Positions 35,842-45,249 of a stretch of DNA of 64,000 nucleotides are shown in pieces; position 1 is the first letter of the stretch, and every line of letters begins with the position of its first letter. This DNA is from Bacillota bacterium (GTDB lineage Bacteria > Bacillota_I > Bacilli_A > RFN20 > CAG-826), in the NCBI GenBank assembly GCA_036788815.1, contig DAIQMS010000002.1, forward strand, positions 17,485-81,484, written 5' to 3'. The notes below the pieces were generated by a model, which was not told where the DNA came from, searched no databases, and saw only the letters and a list, made by a program, of their open reading frames with translations. Position numbers and translations under genes: made by a program.

Positions 35842-36533
35842 CCTATAGCGAAATGCAGCTTGCCTTGGGCGATAAAATCAAATTGACGGATGCCCAGATT
35901 GCTCAACTCACCAAATACGCCGCTCTCTTAAAGGAGTGGAACGAAAAGATGAACCTCACCTCGATCGTCGAGGAGAACGAAGTCATCGAAAAGCACTTCT
36001 TCGATTGCTTGATCCCCGCCAAAGTCCTTCCGCTCGAGGGCAAAGCCTGCGCGGATTTGGGGACGGGCGCTGGTTTTCCCGGCCTCGTTTGGGCGATCGC
36101 TTTCCCCACTTGCCAAATGACCTTAGTCGAGGCAACCACCAAGAAATGCACTTTCTTAGCCGAAGTGGTCAAACAGCTTGATCTCAAGAACGTCCGGATC
36201 CTCAATCACCGGGCCGAAGAGCTCAATAACAAGAATCAGTTCGATGTCGTGGTGGCCCGCGCTTTGGCGCCGCTCCCGATTTTGCTCGAACTTGCGATCC
36301 CGCTTCTCAAAGTTCATGGCACTTTCTTGGCCATGAAGAGTGCTAAAGGTCGCGAAGAGCTCGCCCAAAGCAAGAATGCGCTCGATGTCTTGGGTGCCAA
36401 ACTCCAGGATGTGCAGGAGGAGAATCTCCCGAATGAGGAAGGCCTCCGCCTCAATATGATGTTCGAAAAGACAAAGCCGACCGAGCATAAATACCCGCGC
36501 AAGTGGGCCGATATCGAGAAGAAGCCGCTCTGA
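35838..36533 (+). CDS. rsmG: 16S rRNA (guanine527-N7)-methyltransferase RsmG (GidB)
   Basis: SAM motif DLGTGAGFPG. Positioned after mnmG. Confidence 0.9.
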   Translation: MTYSEMQLALGDKIKLTDAQIAQLTKYAALLKEWNEKMNLTSIVEENEVIEKHFFDCLIPAKVLPLEGKACADLGTGAGFPGLVWAIAFPTCQMTLVEATTKKCTFLAEVVKQLDLKNVRILNHRAEELNNKNQFDVVVARALAPLPILLELAIPLLKVHGTFLAMKSAKGREELAQSKNALDVLGAKLQDVQEENLPNEEGLRLNMMFEKTKPTEHKYPRKWADIEKKPL

Positions 36534-36607
36534 TCCGTCTCCGTTTTTCCTTCACGCCGACGCGTGAAACCTTTTCATTACTGTTCCACGAGGTATAAAA
36601 TCAATCC

Positions 36608-37375
36608 ATGTGCCGCATCATCAGCATCGCCAATCAGAAAGGCGGAGTCGGCAAGACGACGACCGCCATCAACTTAAGCGCCGCCCTCGCTCACTTCGGG
36701 AAGGAAGTCCTTTTGGTGGACTTCGACGCCCAAGGAAATGCCGGACGGGGCCTCGGGGTCGATGTGACCTCGCTTCGGAGCACGATCTACGACGCGGTGA
36801 TTCATCAGGCGAATATCAATAGCCTCATTACACCCACGAGCGTGCCGCACCTTTCCTTGATTCCCTCCAATCTCAAATTGGCGGCCTTGGATTCCTATGT
36901 CCAATCCCAAGGCGCTTCCGCCCCGTTCTTTTTGCTCAAAGAAACCCTGAAATCCCTGCAAAAGCCCTTCGATTACATCATTATCGATTGCCCGCCATCC
37001 TTGGGATTACTCAATATCAACGCCCTCGTGGCCTCGAATGAAGTCATCGTTCCGGTCCAGTGCGAATACTTCGCGATGGAAGCGGTGGCGGCGATCCTTT
37101 CGTCCATCACCAAGATCCAAAACGACTACAACCCCGATCTCAAGATCGAAGGCTTCTTGCTCACGATGTACGATCCGAGGACTTCGCTCGATACCGAAGT
37201 GGCTCAGCAAGTCCGGAAGCTTTTTAAGGAAAACACCTTCGTCACCTCGATTCCACGGAACGTTTCGATCCCGGAAAGCTCCGCCCGCGGGGAGCCGGTC
37301 ACCACCTGGCGGCCATCGGCCCAAGGAAGTTTGGCCTATTTCGCTTTAGCCCGCGAGGTCATGGACCATGAGTAA
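36608..37375 (+). CDS. parA: chromosome partitioning ATPase ParA/Soj
   Basis: Deviant Walker A ANQKGGVGKTTT. Confidence 0.9.
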   Translation: MCRIISIANQKGGVGKTTTAINLSAALAHFGKEVLLVDFDAQGNAGRGLGVDVTSLRSTIYDAVIHQANINSLITPTSVPHLSLIPSNLKLAALDSYVQSQGASAPFFLLKETLKSLQKPFDYIIIDCPPSLGLLNINALVASNEVIVPVQCEYFAMEAVAAILSSITKIQNDYNPDLKIEGFLLTMYDPRTSLDTEVAQQVRKLFKENTFVTSIPRNVSIPESSARGEPVTTWRPSAQGSLAYFALAREVMDHE

Positions 37376-38204
37376 GAAAAGCGGATCGCTCTCACCGAGC
37401 CTTCAGGAACTCCTCAAGAAATTCTCGAAAAACGATGTCATCGAGGAGATGGAGAAGGAGTATCAGTCGGTCGCGGCTAAGAAGATCCCGCTCTCTCTTA
37501 TTGACGACAATTCCTATTTCCGCCGGGTTCAGATCCCGGAAGACGCCATCAAAGCGATGGGCAAAGGCATTGAGGAAAAAGGCCTTTGGAATCCGCTTCT
37601 CGTCCGGCCAAGCGGCTCCCATTACGAACTCGTTTTAGGCCGCAAACGCTACTATGGCGCCAAAGCGGCCGCTCTTTCCGAAGTTCCCTGCGTGATCAAA
37701 GAGGTCAGCGATGAGGAAATGCTTCTCATGCTCCTCGCCGATACCCGGGACCAGCGGGAAGGCAACGTCGTCGAAATGGCGATCGTTTATGAGGAACTTT
37801 CGTCGCATTTCGCCTATTCGCAAGCCACCTTGGCCAATCTTTCGCACCAATCCCGGAGCCAGGTGACCAACACGATGCGGATCCTCCATCTCCCGGATCA
37901 TATCGTCGAGGAAATCTCACTCGGGCAACTCTCCTATGGCCACGCCAAAGCGATCGCTTCCCTAAGCGAAGAAGAGATCGAGGAAGTCGTCCATTTGATT
38001 CATGAAGAAGGCCTTTCGGTTCGGGAGACCGAGGAACTCGCCAAGCAATATTCGCGGGTGCCGTCGCTGGTTCCCTCCGAAGGGGAGTCGCTTAAAAAAG
38101 AGTATGCGTGTGCGAATGTCGCGATCAAGAAGTCGTCCGTCACGTTTAGCTTCGCTAAGGAGGAGGAGAAGGAAGCATTCATCGCTTCGCTCCTAAAGAA
38201 ATAA
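37368..38204 (+). CDS. parB: ParB/Spo0J-family partition protein
   Basis: ParB box (LVLGRKRYYGAKAA) and HTH region. Follows parA. Confidence 0.85.
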   Translation: MSKKSGSLSPSLQELLKKFSKNDVIEEMEKEYQSVAAKKIPLSLIDDNSYFRRVQIPEDAIKAMGKGIEEKGLWNPLLVRPSGSHYELVLGRKRYYGAKAAALSEVPCVIKEVSDEEMLLMLLADTRDQREGNVVEMAIVYEELSSHFAYSQATLANLSHQSRSQVTNTMRILHLPDHIVEEISLGQLSYGHAKAIASLSEEEIEEVVHLIHEEGLSVRETEELAKQYSRVPSLVPSEGESLKKEYACANVAIKKSSVTFSFAKEEEKEAFIASLLKK

Positions 38205-38206
38205 CT

Positions 38207-39265
38207 ATGGCCCGATTCGTCAATGAGCTCTTTTCGATCCAAATCGATCCGCCAAGAGGCGTCTCGAACGCTTTCTGCGTGACCTATTCCCTCTATGAAG
38301 GTGGGCTCTTCACCGTCCGGACTTCCCGGCCTTACGCCGAAGAAGCCGAAAGCCAAGAGGCCCAAGCCTTCTATGCCAAAGACCCGAAGGATCTCCTCAA
38401 GATCCAAGCTTTCATCGCCGAGTGGCGGAATCCGCTTAAAGACATCCCGACGGCGACCGGGGTGAATGAGGCGGGGCTTTCGAGCTTCAACCTCGTTTTC
38501 GAAGGCAAAGAGATCTACGGAAGCTACGTCTATCATGATCTCGAAGAAGCCAGAGCCACAGGCAAATTCAATAAAAATGAGCTCAAGATGATCGACTGGA
38601 ACAACCGGATCGTCAAGATGCTCGAAGGTTTTTTCGTGCTGGTCAAATCCCTCAATTCAAGTTTGCTTCAAGCCGTCCCGAAAGCCCCGGAACTCAATGA
38701 TCTTCGCCCTGCGCCGCGTTATCTCATGAGCCTCGTTTTGGGCGATCCGGAATGCCATTTGGAGCATCCTTCGACTTTTGAGGAATGCATCAAGGCAGCC
38801 GCCCATAAAGCGTTTGAGGGCGAAGAAGCCCTCGATGGCAAGAGCTTCAATGAAGTCTATATGGCGATTAAGGTCAACGCCTTACCGCTTCTTGAAAAAG
38901 CCGCCTCGCTTTCGGATTTTGATAAGGCCCATTCGGCTTTCGTCCATACCTTGATGGAGAAGAGCTTCGCGAAGCTTGATTATGCCCGAGCCGCTTACTG
39001 GCTCGACCTCACTTATGTCTATGCGCTTCTCAGCAAATCTTTGATCCGCTCGGAGCTCCTCGTGAGCTATCTCCACGCCCCGGTCTCGCCGAAAGACCTT
39101 GCCGAAGAAAACGGCGGGACGGATGAAGCGGCCTATCTTTTCTTCCAAGACGAAGGACGGAAGGAATTCGGCCTTCTTCATATCAGCCCGGCTTACTTCT
39201 ATCTCGAGGGCGTTTTCGCCAAAGCCCATCCGGAACCCTCGTCTTCTTCGCCTCATCAGGCTTGA
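38207..39265 (+). CDS. hypothetical protein
   Basis: Coherent 352-aa ORF abutting parB, with no recognisable motifs. Confidence 0.45.
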   Translation: MARFVNELFSIQIDPPRGVSNAFCVTYSLYEGGLFTVRTSRPYAEEAESQEAQAFYAKDPKDLLKIQAFIAEWRNPLKDIPTATGVNEAGLSSFNLVFEGKEIYGSYVYHDLEEARATGKFNKNELKMIDWNNRIVKMLEGFFVLVKSLNSSLLQAVPKAPELNDLRPAPRYLMSLVLGDPECHLEHPSTFEECIKAAAHKAFEGEEALDGKSFNEVYMAIKVNALPLLEKAASLSDFDKAHSAFVHTLMEKSFAKLDYARAAYWLDLTYVYALLSKSLIRSELLVSYLHAPVSPKDLAEENGGTDEAAYLFFQDEGRKEFGLLHISPAYFYLEGVFAKAHPEPSSSSPHQA

Positions 39266-39391
39266 TTTACTTTTTCCTTACAAGAAGCAATCCCCGCGGT
39301 TTTTGCAGGGATTTTCTTTGCGATAAGGCCTTTTCATATCCCCGGATAAGTCACGGGAGTTGCAGTAGGGGAGAAAACCACTATAATAGAC

Positions 39392-39512
39392 TCAGCTTCA
39401 GGGCGACGATAATTACGTCGACTGGCGGTAAAGCCCGCGAGCTTATCAATGGATAAGCATGATTCGGTGAAATTCCGATGCCAACGGTAAAGTCCGGATG
39501 TGAGAAGTGGCA
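39392..39512 (+). promoter_or_regulatory. FMN riboswitch (RFN element) controlling ribU
   Basis: Conserved RFN blocks: CTTCAGGGCG, ACTGGCGGTAAAGCCCGCGAGC, GATTCGGTGAAATTCCGATGCCAACGGTAAAGTCCGGATG and GAGAAG closing P1. Confidence 0.85.
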
Positions 39513-39523
39513 CAGATAACGTG

Positions 39524-39554
39524 TGTCCCCCGAAGTAGAAACGGGGGATTTTTC
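39524..39554 (+). terminator. riboswitch expression-platform hairpin (terminator/sequestrator)
   Basis: TCCCCCG-aagtagaaa-CGGGGGA followed by TTTTT. The 3' arm contains the only SD-like GGGGGA ahead of ribU ATG 39562. Confidence 0.7.
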
Positions 39555-39561
39555 ATACCTT

Positions 39562-40269
39562 ATGGACGTCACGAACTGGTTGGTGCTTGCCGCTGCGCTT
39601 ATTTGGGTGGTCGTCGCGACCCTCTTCTATGGGAAGAATCGGCCCGACCATCATTTTGATTGGGTCCGCTTCATTTCGCGGGTGGCGATTTTCGGCGCGA
39701 TTTCGACGATTCTCTATATCGTTCCGGTCTTCCAGATTCAGGTGCCTTTCGCACCCGAATTCCTCAAACTCCATTTCGATGAGATCCCGGCTTTCATTGC
39801 CGGATATGCCTACGGGCCCTGGACGGCCGTGGCGGTCCTTTTCATCAAATCCGTCATCAAACTTCCGATGACGTCGACCCTTGGCGTCGGCGAGCTCTGC
39901 GATTTCCTTTATTCGAGCGCCTTCATCATTCCGGCGGCCTTGATCTATAAAAAGCATCGCCATCTCAAAGGGGTGGCATGGGGCTTTGTGGTTGGGACGA
40001 TCCTCCAGCTCATCGTGTCGTCCGTGATGAATGCCTGGGTGATGCTGCCTTTCTATGTCATGGTTTATTCGGGGCTGACGATGGATATCCTTTTAAAGAT
40101 GTGCCAAGCGGTCAATCCGTCGATCAAGAATCTCACGTGGGACTATATCCTTTATATCAATTTGCCCTTCAACGTCCTCAAAGACGGGATCGTCCTCGTC
40201 GTGACCTTCGTGGTCTATCGGAGCATCCACAAAATCCTTCATTTCGATCGGGCGCCCGAAAAAGCTTGA
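39562..40269 (+). CDS. ribU: ECF transporter S component, riboflavin-specific (RibU-like)
   Basis: Six-TM S-component-like protein directly downstream of the FMN riboswitch. The track start GTG 39523 lies inside the terminator hairpin and is rejected. Confidence 0.75.
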   Translation: MDVTNWLVLAAALIWVVVATLFYGKNRPDHHFDWVRFISRVAIFGAISTILYIVPVFQIQVPFAPEFLKLHFDEIPAFIAGYAYGPWTAVAVLFIKSVIKLPMTSTLGVGELCDFLYSSAFIIPAALIYKKHRHLKGVAWGFVVGTILQLIVSSVMNAWVMLPFYVMVYSGLTMDILLKMCQAVNPSIKNLTWDYILYINLPFNVLKDGIVLVVTFVVYRSIHKILHFDRAPEKA

Positions 40270-40283
40270 TCGGGGTTCGTTCC

Positions 40284-40318
40284 ACGAAAAAAGCCGCAGT
40301 GATGCGGCTTTTCTTTTC
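40284..40318. terminator. bidirectional terminator between ribU (+) and ferredoxin (-)
   Basis: AAAAAAGCCGCA-gtga-TGCGGCTTTTCTTTTC. Confidence 0.7.
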
Positions 40319-40343
40319 GTATAAAGAAGATCGAAGACGAGGA

Positions 40344-40535
40344 TTACTTATCTTCGCCGATCGCGCCGACCGGGCAGGAATCCATCGCGCCTTGAACCGC
40401 AACCTCATCGGTCACCGGACCAGCGGTAGCCTGAGCTTTGCCGTCATCTCCGAACTCGAAGACTGACGGGACGGTGGAGACGCAAAGACCGCAGCCGATG
40501 CAAAGATCCTTGTTGACTTTGACTTTCTTGGCCAT
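40344..40535 (-). CDS. 4Fe-4S single-cluster ferredoxin
   Basis: MAKKVKVNKDLCIGCGLCV ... CPVGAI. GGAGGAAAATTT SD precedes ATG 40535. Confidence 0.8.
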   Translation of the reverse strand: MAKKVKVNKDLCIGCGLCVSTVPSVFEFGDDGKAQATAGPVTDEVAVQGAMDSCPVGAIGEDK

Positions 40536-40663
40536 AAATTTTCCTCCAATTTGGCAACACACGGATTATAGGTTATTTAGGGTCATTTATCAACTAAGGT
40601 GTTTCTTTTCGAACGAAGCCTTCGCTTTGGTTTTTCTTTCAGTGTAGAATAACCTCGGTCAGC

Positions 40664-40972
40664 ATGAAAAGTCGCATTCAGAAATACAAACACTACCGGG
40701 ACAGAATCGCCCGGACGCCCGAGAATAAATTCCCGGCCCGCAAAACCGTGATTCGGAGCCAGACTCATGCCGATAAGGAAGCCCTTGCCCAAACGAGCAA
40801 AGTGACCTCTGCCGTGGCCTATCCGAGCGTGCCTCTTAAAAAGAAGACGGCTACCCCCTATGGCGAATATTCGAAGAAACAGCGGACTTGGCTCCTCGTC
40901 AAAAGCGTGAGCTTCGTCCTGGTTGTCGCGGCGTTCGTTTGTCTTTATTTCTTCTGGGTCAAAGCGAGGTAA
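40664..40972 (+). CDS. small basic protein with C-terminal TM anchor (hypothetical)
   Basis: ORF with a K/R-rich N-terminus and a C-terminal hydrophobic helix LLVKSVSFVLVVAAFVCLYFFWV. Confidence 0.35.
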   Translation: MKSRIQKYKHYRDRIARTPENKFPARKTVIRSQTHADKEALAQTSKVTSAVAYPSVPLKKKTATPYGEYSKKQRTWLLVKSVSFVLVVAAFVCLYFFWVKAR

Positions 40973-40980
40973 GGAACATC

Positions 40981-41667
40981 ATGGAAGAGAAAATCATCTC
41001 CGTTGCGATCGATGGCCCGGCGGCCGCTGGGAAAAGCACCGTCGCCAAAAAGGTCGCCCAAATCCTTGGCTTTACCTATATTGATACCGGAGCGATGTAT
41101 CGGGCCGTCACCCATGCGGTGATCGCTAAAGGCCTCGATCCGAAATCCGAAGAGCAATCCGTCACCCTCCTTCCGGGGATGACGATCGATCTCAAAGAAG
41201 ATGGCCGGGTTCTCTGCAATGGCGAAGACGTGACCAAAGTCATCCGTGAGCCGTTGGTTTCTGGTAATGTCAGCTATATCGCCGCGATGAAGCCGATCCG
41301 GCTCGCCCTCGTCGACATGCAGCGGGCGATGGCTTCCCAAAAGAGCGTCGTCATGGATGGCCGCGATATCGGCACGTATGTCTTGCCGAACGCCCAAGTG
41401 AAGATTTATCAAATCGCCTCGGTCGAGACCCGAGCGGTGCGCCGCTACGAGGAAAACCTCGAAAAGGGCATCAATACGACTCTCAAGGACGTCGAGAATG
41501 ACGTCCGCAACCGCGACTATATCGATTCGAACCGTGCCTTCGCCCCGCTCAAGCCCGCCCCCGATAGCGTCTTGATCGATACGTCCTTCATGTCGGTGGA
41601 CCAAGCGGTGGACGCGGTCCTGAAAGTCGTCCACGATAAAACAGGCATTGAAATCCCATGTCACTAG
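40981..41667 (+). CDS. cmk: cytidylate kinase
   Basis: P-loop ISVAIDGPAAAGKSTVAK. Full-length Cmk similarity. Confidence 0.9.
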   Translation: MEEKIISVAIDGPAAAGKSTVAKKVAQILGFTYIDTGAMYRAVTHAVIAKGLDPKSEEQSVTLLPGMTIDLKEDGRVLCNGEDVTKVIREPLVSGNVSYIAAMKPIRLALVDMQRAMASQKSVVMDGRDIGTYVLPNAQVKIYQIASVETRAVRRYEENLEKGINTTLKDVENDVRNRDYIDSNRAFAPLKPAPDSVLIDTSFMSVDQAVDAVLKVVHDKTGIEIPCH

Positions 41668-42965
41668 GTCTTGTCGCTCTGGTCGGTGAGCCCTCTTCGG
41701 GCAAAAGCACCCTCTTCAACCGCATCGTCGGGGAGCGTAAATCCATCGTCGAAGAAACTCCGGGCATCACCCGCGATCGTCTTTATGCGCGCGCCAATTG
41801 GCTCACCAAAGACTTCACGATCGTCGATACCGGCGGCATCCAAATCAAGGATGTTCCTTTCCAAACCGAGATTCGGGCTCAGGTCCAAATCGCGGTCGAG
41901 CAAGCCGATCTCATCGTTTTCGTCGTCGATGGCAAAAAAGGCCTGACCGGCGATGATCGGCTCGTTGCCAAAATGCTCTTCCAAAGCGGGAAGAAAGTTC
42001 TTTTGGCCGTCAATAAGATCGACAATATCAACGAAATCGGCAATGAGGCCGAATTCTATAAGCTCGGTTTCGGCGATCCCTTCGTCGTGAGCGGAGCCCA
42101 TGGCATTGGCATCGGCGATTTGCTCGACGCCATTATTAAGTCCCTTCCGGAGAAACCCATTACGGAATATCCGGACAGCATCGCTTTCTCGCTCATCGGT
42201 CGGCCGAATGTCGGCAAATCGTCTTTGGCCAATCGGCTTTTAGGCGAGAAACGCAACATCGTTTCCAATATCGCGGGAACCACTCGCGATGCGGTCGATA
42301 CTCCCTTCACTCGGGATGGCCGGAACTACGTCGTGATTGATACCGCCGGACTCGTGAAGCGCGGCATGATCTTCGAAGCGGTCGATAAATACGCGGCGTT
42401 ACGCGCCCTTTCGGCGATCGAGCGAAGCGAAGTCTGCCTTTTGCTCATCGATGGCTCGACCGGCATTTTGGAGCAAGACAAGCATGTGGTTGGCTATGCG
42501 ATGGAAGAAAAGAAAGCCATCGTGATTTTGGTCAATAAGTGGGATCTTGGGAAAGCCAAGAAGTTCGACAAGCAAAAATTCATCGACGATATTCATAACC
42601 AGTTCAAGTTCCTCGATTACGCCCCGATCCTTTTCATCAGCGCGGAGACGGGGGAGGGGGTCGACAAGATCCTGCCCGCGATCACCGAGGCTTATGATGG
42701 CTATAACCGCCGGATTCCGACCAACGTCCTTAATAAGGTTATTATGGATGCCCAGGATATGAACCCGACCCCGGACTTCAACCATGGCCGGCTCAAGATT
42801 CTTTTCGCCAATCAGGTTTCCATCAAACCGCCGACCTTCGTCCTCTTTTGCAATGATCCGAAAACCGCCCATTTCTCCTATACCCGTTACCTCGAGAACT
42901 GCTTAAGGAACTCTTTCGACTTCGCCGGAACCCCGATTTCGATCATTTATCGGGAACGGAAATAA
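41658..42965 (+). CDS. der: ribosome-associated GTPase Der (EngA), tandem GTPase domains
   Basis: Two G-domains (GEPSSGKST and GRPNVGKSS) plus a KH-like C-terminus. Confidence 0.9.
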   Translation: MSLGLVALVGEPSSGKSTLFNRIVGERKSIVEETPGITRDRLYARANWLTKDFTIVDTGGIQIKDVPFQTEIRAQVQIAVEQADLIVFVVDGKKGLTGDDRLVAKMLFQSGKKVLLAVNKIDNINEIGNEAEFYKLGFGDPFVVSGAHGIGIGDLLDAIIKSLPEKPITEYPDSIAFSLIGRPNVGKSSLANRLLGEKRNIVSNIAGTTRDAVDTPFTRDGRNYVVIDTAGLVKRGMIFEAVDKYAALRALSAIERSEVCLLLIDGSTGILEQDKHVVGYAMEEKKAIVILVNKWDLGKAKKFDKQKFIDDIHNQFKFLDYAPILFISAETGEGVDKILPAITEAYDGYNRRIPTNVLNKVIMDAQDMNPTPDFNHGRLKILFANQVSIKPPTFVLFCNDPKTAHFSYTRYLENCLRNSFDFAGTPISIIYRERK

Positions 42966-43308
42966 GGTTCACTTGGGCTTTTGAATTGTAAAATTTGTTC
43001 TTAATATTTCGCCCAATCAGTGACTATCTCTAGTCATTGTAAGGAATTTGTTTTCGTTGAAAAAGAAAACTGAAACGAATCAAAAAGAGGCCCAAAAATG
43101 CCCAAAAAGTGAGGAAAAACCTCATCTTTTGCCCGAAAATGCTCTGAAAGCGCTTTCTTATTTTTGAGCGGTCGCTAGCCGAAATTCGAAAATAAAAAAG
43201 AATAAAGCCCGATAAAATCTATACACTCCGACATCCTAAAGGTCTTGTAAAGCGTTTTTCGGGGTGCTAGTTTATAGATAACCAATTTAGCAAAGGAGGA
43301 TTAAATCC

Positions 43309-43581
43309 ATGAACAAAGCTGAATTAGTCGAGAAAGTTGCTGCTCAGGCCGAACTCTCGAAGAGAGATGCTGAGGCCGCTGTTGATGCCGTCTTCGAGGT
43401 CATCGAAGCCAGCTTAGTGAAGGGCGAAGAAGTCAAGCTTTCGGGCTTTGGCATTTTTGCCAAGAAGAAGAGAGCCGCTCGTGAAGGAACCAATCCGGCC
43501 ACGCAGCAGAAGATCTCGATCCCGGCCAGCGCTACGGTCGCCTTCAAGGTTTCCAAAGCCCTCAAAGAGAAGCTTAACTAA
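43309..43581 (+). CDS. hup: DNA-binding protein HU
   Basis: MNKAELVEKVA ... GFGIFAKKKRAAREGTNPATQQKI. 90 aa. Confidence 0.92.
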   Translation: MNKAELVEKVAAQAELSKRDAEAAVDAVFEVIEASLVKGEEVKLSGFGIFAKKKRAAREGTNPATQQKISIPASATVAFKVSKALKEKLN

Positions 43582-43617
43582 TTTAAGTTTCGCTTTCTGA
43601 AATCCCATTCGGATTAT

Positions 43618-43647
43618 AAGGATGAGCCTCTGGCCCATCCTTTTTTT
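43618..43647 (+). terminator. rho-independent terminator after hup
   Basis: AGGATGAGCC-tct-GGCCCATCC followed by TTTTTTT. Confidence 0.7.
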
Positions 43648-43698
43648 CAACAAAACGCGCTCCTTAATCCTTAATAAGGATGAAAGGGGGAGCCCTCG

Positions 43699-44592
43699 AT
43701 GAAAAAATCCGCGATTATTCTTCTCGCTTCTTTAGCCTTAAGCGCCTTGGCGTCCTGCAAAGTCACCTCGACGAGCGACGCCCTGGTCTTGAGCGCGATC
43801 GATGGCCTTTCGTTACCGACTTATACCCTCAAAGATGGCGTCTATACTTTTCCCTTAAGCGGCTCTTCGAAAGAAGGGGTCAAACTCTCGGGCAGCCTCA
43901 AAGAAGGCTCGATCGTGATCGATCCCGGCAGTCTTTCGGATAACAAATCCTTTGAGATCGATCTTTCGAATGTCAGCATTTCCTCCTCGAGTGCCTATCC
44001 GATTTATTACGGAAGCAAAGCCTCGAAGCTGATCGTCAAAGCGGTGGATGGCACGACGAATAGCCTCACCTATTCCGGAAATGAAGACAAAGGCGCCGCC
44101 CTTTATAGCGAGAATAATCTCGAAATCGAAGGCAACGGGTCCCTTTCTTTGGCCACGACCAAAGCGGGCCATGGCGCCCGGGGCGACGATTTGGTTTTGC
44201 TCGATGCGCCGAGCCTTTCTTTGTCCGCGATCCATGATGGCTTTCATGGGAAAACCTTCACAGCCTCCTCGTTTTCGGGGAGCGCAGCGATAGCGAATTC
44301 TGGCTCGGAGGCTTTTGATATCTGCGATAACGACGAGACGGGAACTGTCTGTAAGGGCGCGATCACCTTTGGCGCCTCGACGGGCCAGTTCACGATCGGA
44401 CAATGCGTCGATGTTTTCGAAGCGGATAATTCCTTCTCGATTCCCTCGGGCGTGAGCATCGTGGCCGAGAAATGCTCGTCCGATCCGGTGACCAATCTCA
44501 ACGCCAACGCCATTAACGTGGCGGTTGAAGGAACTTTCAAGGTCAACGGGGCTGCTTTAACGAGTTATTCGGTGGCCACGAAGGCCTCGTAA
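43699..44592 (+). CDS. lipoprotein of unknown function
   Basis: Lipobox LALSALASCK. Gly/Ser-rich beta-type sequence. Confidence 0.65.
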   Translation: MKKSAIILLASLALSALASCKVTSTSDALVLSAIDGLSLPTYTLKDGVYTFPLSGSSKEGVKLSGSLKEGSIVIDPGSLSDNKSFEIDLSNVSISSSSAYPIYYGSKASKLIVKAVDGTTNSLTYSGNEDKGAALYSENNLEIEGNGSLSLATTKAGHGARGDDLVLLDAPSLSLSAIHDGFHGKTFTASSFSGSAAIANSGSEAFDICDNDETGTVCKGAITFGASTGQFTIGQCVDVFEADNSFSIPSGVSIVAEKCSSDPVTNLNANAINVAVEGTFKVNGAALTSYSVATKAS

Positions 44593-44627
44593 TTTCGCTC
44601 GGGTTCGCTTGTGTTAAACTTTAAAGG

Positions 44628-45245
44628 ATGAAAGATCCTGTTTTTGATTCGCTTCAAAAGCTCTATCGCGCCGCAGGTTATTCCCTCTATATCGTCGGGG
44701 GGACGGCCCGCGATCTTCTTTTGGGCCGCGATTTTTCCGATCGGGACTACGTGACGGATGCGACCCCCGAGGAAGAGAAAGCGTTTCTTAAGGACGCCAA
44801 TTACGCCTTTGAGCGTTTTGGCTCCGTCAAGATGACTTATGAGGGCCAGGAAATCGATGTGACGACCCTTAGAAAAGAAGAGGATTATCGGGATTTCCGC
44901 CATCCGGGCAAAGTTATTTTCGTTCAAGACCCCCAAGAGGATTATTCCCGGCGCGACTTCACGATCAACGCTCTTTATCTCACCTCCGACTATTCCGTTT
45001 TGGATTATTGTGGGGGCCAGCAGGATCTTAAAAATAAGATCATCCGTTTCATCGGTGATCCCGCCCGACGGGTTCAAGAAGATCCTTTACGAATTCTCCG
45101 GGCTGAGCGTTTCGCCAAGACGCTTTCATTCACCATCGAAGAGAAAACCCAACAAGCCATCGATGAATATCGGCCTCTTTTGGCCCGCCTCAATCCCGAG
45201 AAAGTGAAAGAAGAGGAGCTTAAACTCCGAAAAAGGATAAAATAG
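44628..45245 (+). CDS. nucleotidyltransferase (poly(A) polymerase / CCA-adding enzyme head-domain protein, short 205-aa form)
   Basis: Head-domain motif LYIVGGTARDLLLGRDFSDRDYVT plus RDFTINALY. Lacks the usual C-terminal HD/body domains. Confidence 0.6.
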   Translation: MKDPVFDSLQKLYRAAGYSLYIVGGTARDLLLGRDFSDRDYVTDATPEEEKAFLKDANYAFERFGSVKMTYEGQEIDVTTLRKEEDYRDFRHPGKVIFVQDPQEDYSRRDFTINALYLTSDYSVLDYCGGQQDLKNKIIRFIGDPARRVQEDPLRILRAERFAKTLSFTIEEKTQQAIDEYRPLLARLNPEKVKEEELKLRKRIK

Positions 45246-45249
45246 ACCC

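Noticed and set aside
36555-36585. Hairpin TTCACGC-cgac-GCGTGAA after rsmG as a terminator
   Set aside because: No clear U-tract. parA follows closely and is probably co-transcribed or has a weak independent promoter. Not listed as a feature.
39523-39561. ORF-track start (GTG) of the ribU ORF, MSPEVETGDFSYL...
   Set aside because: The extension lies entirely inside the FMN-riboswitch terminator hairpin and has no SD. Real start taken as ATG 39562.
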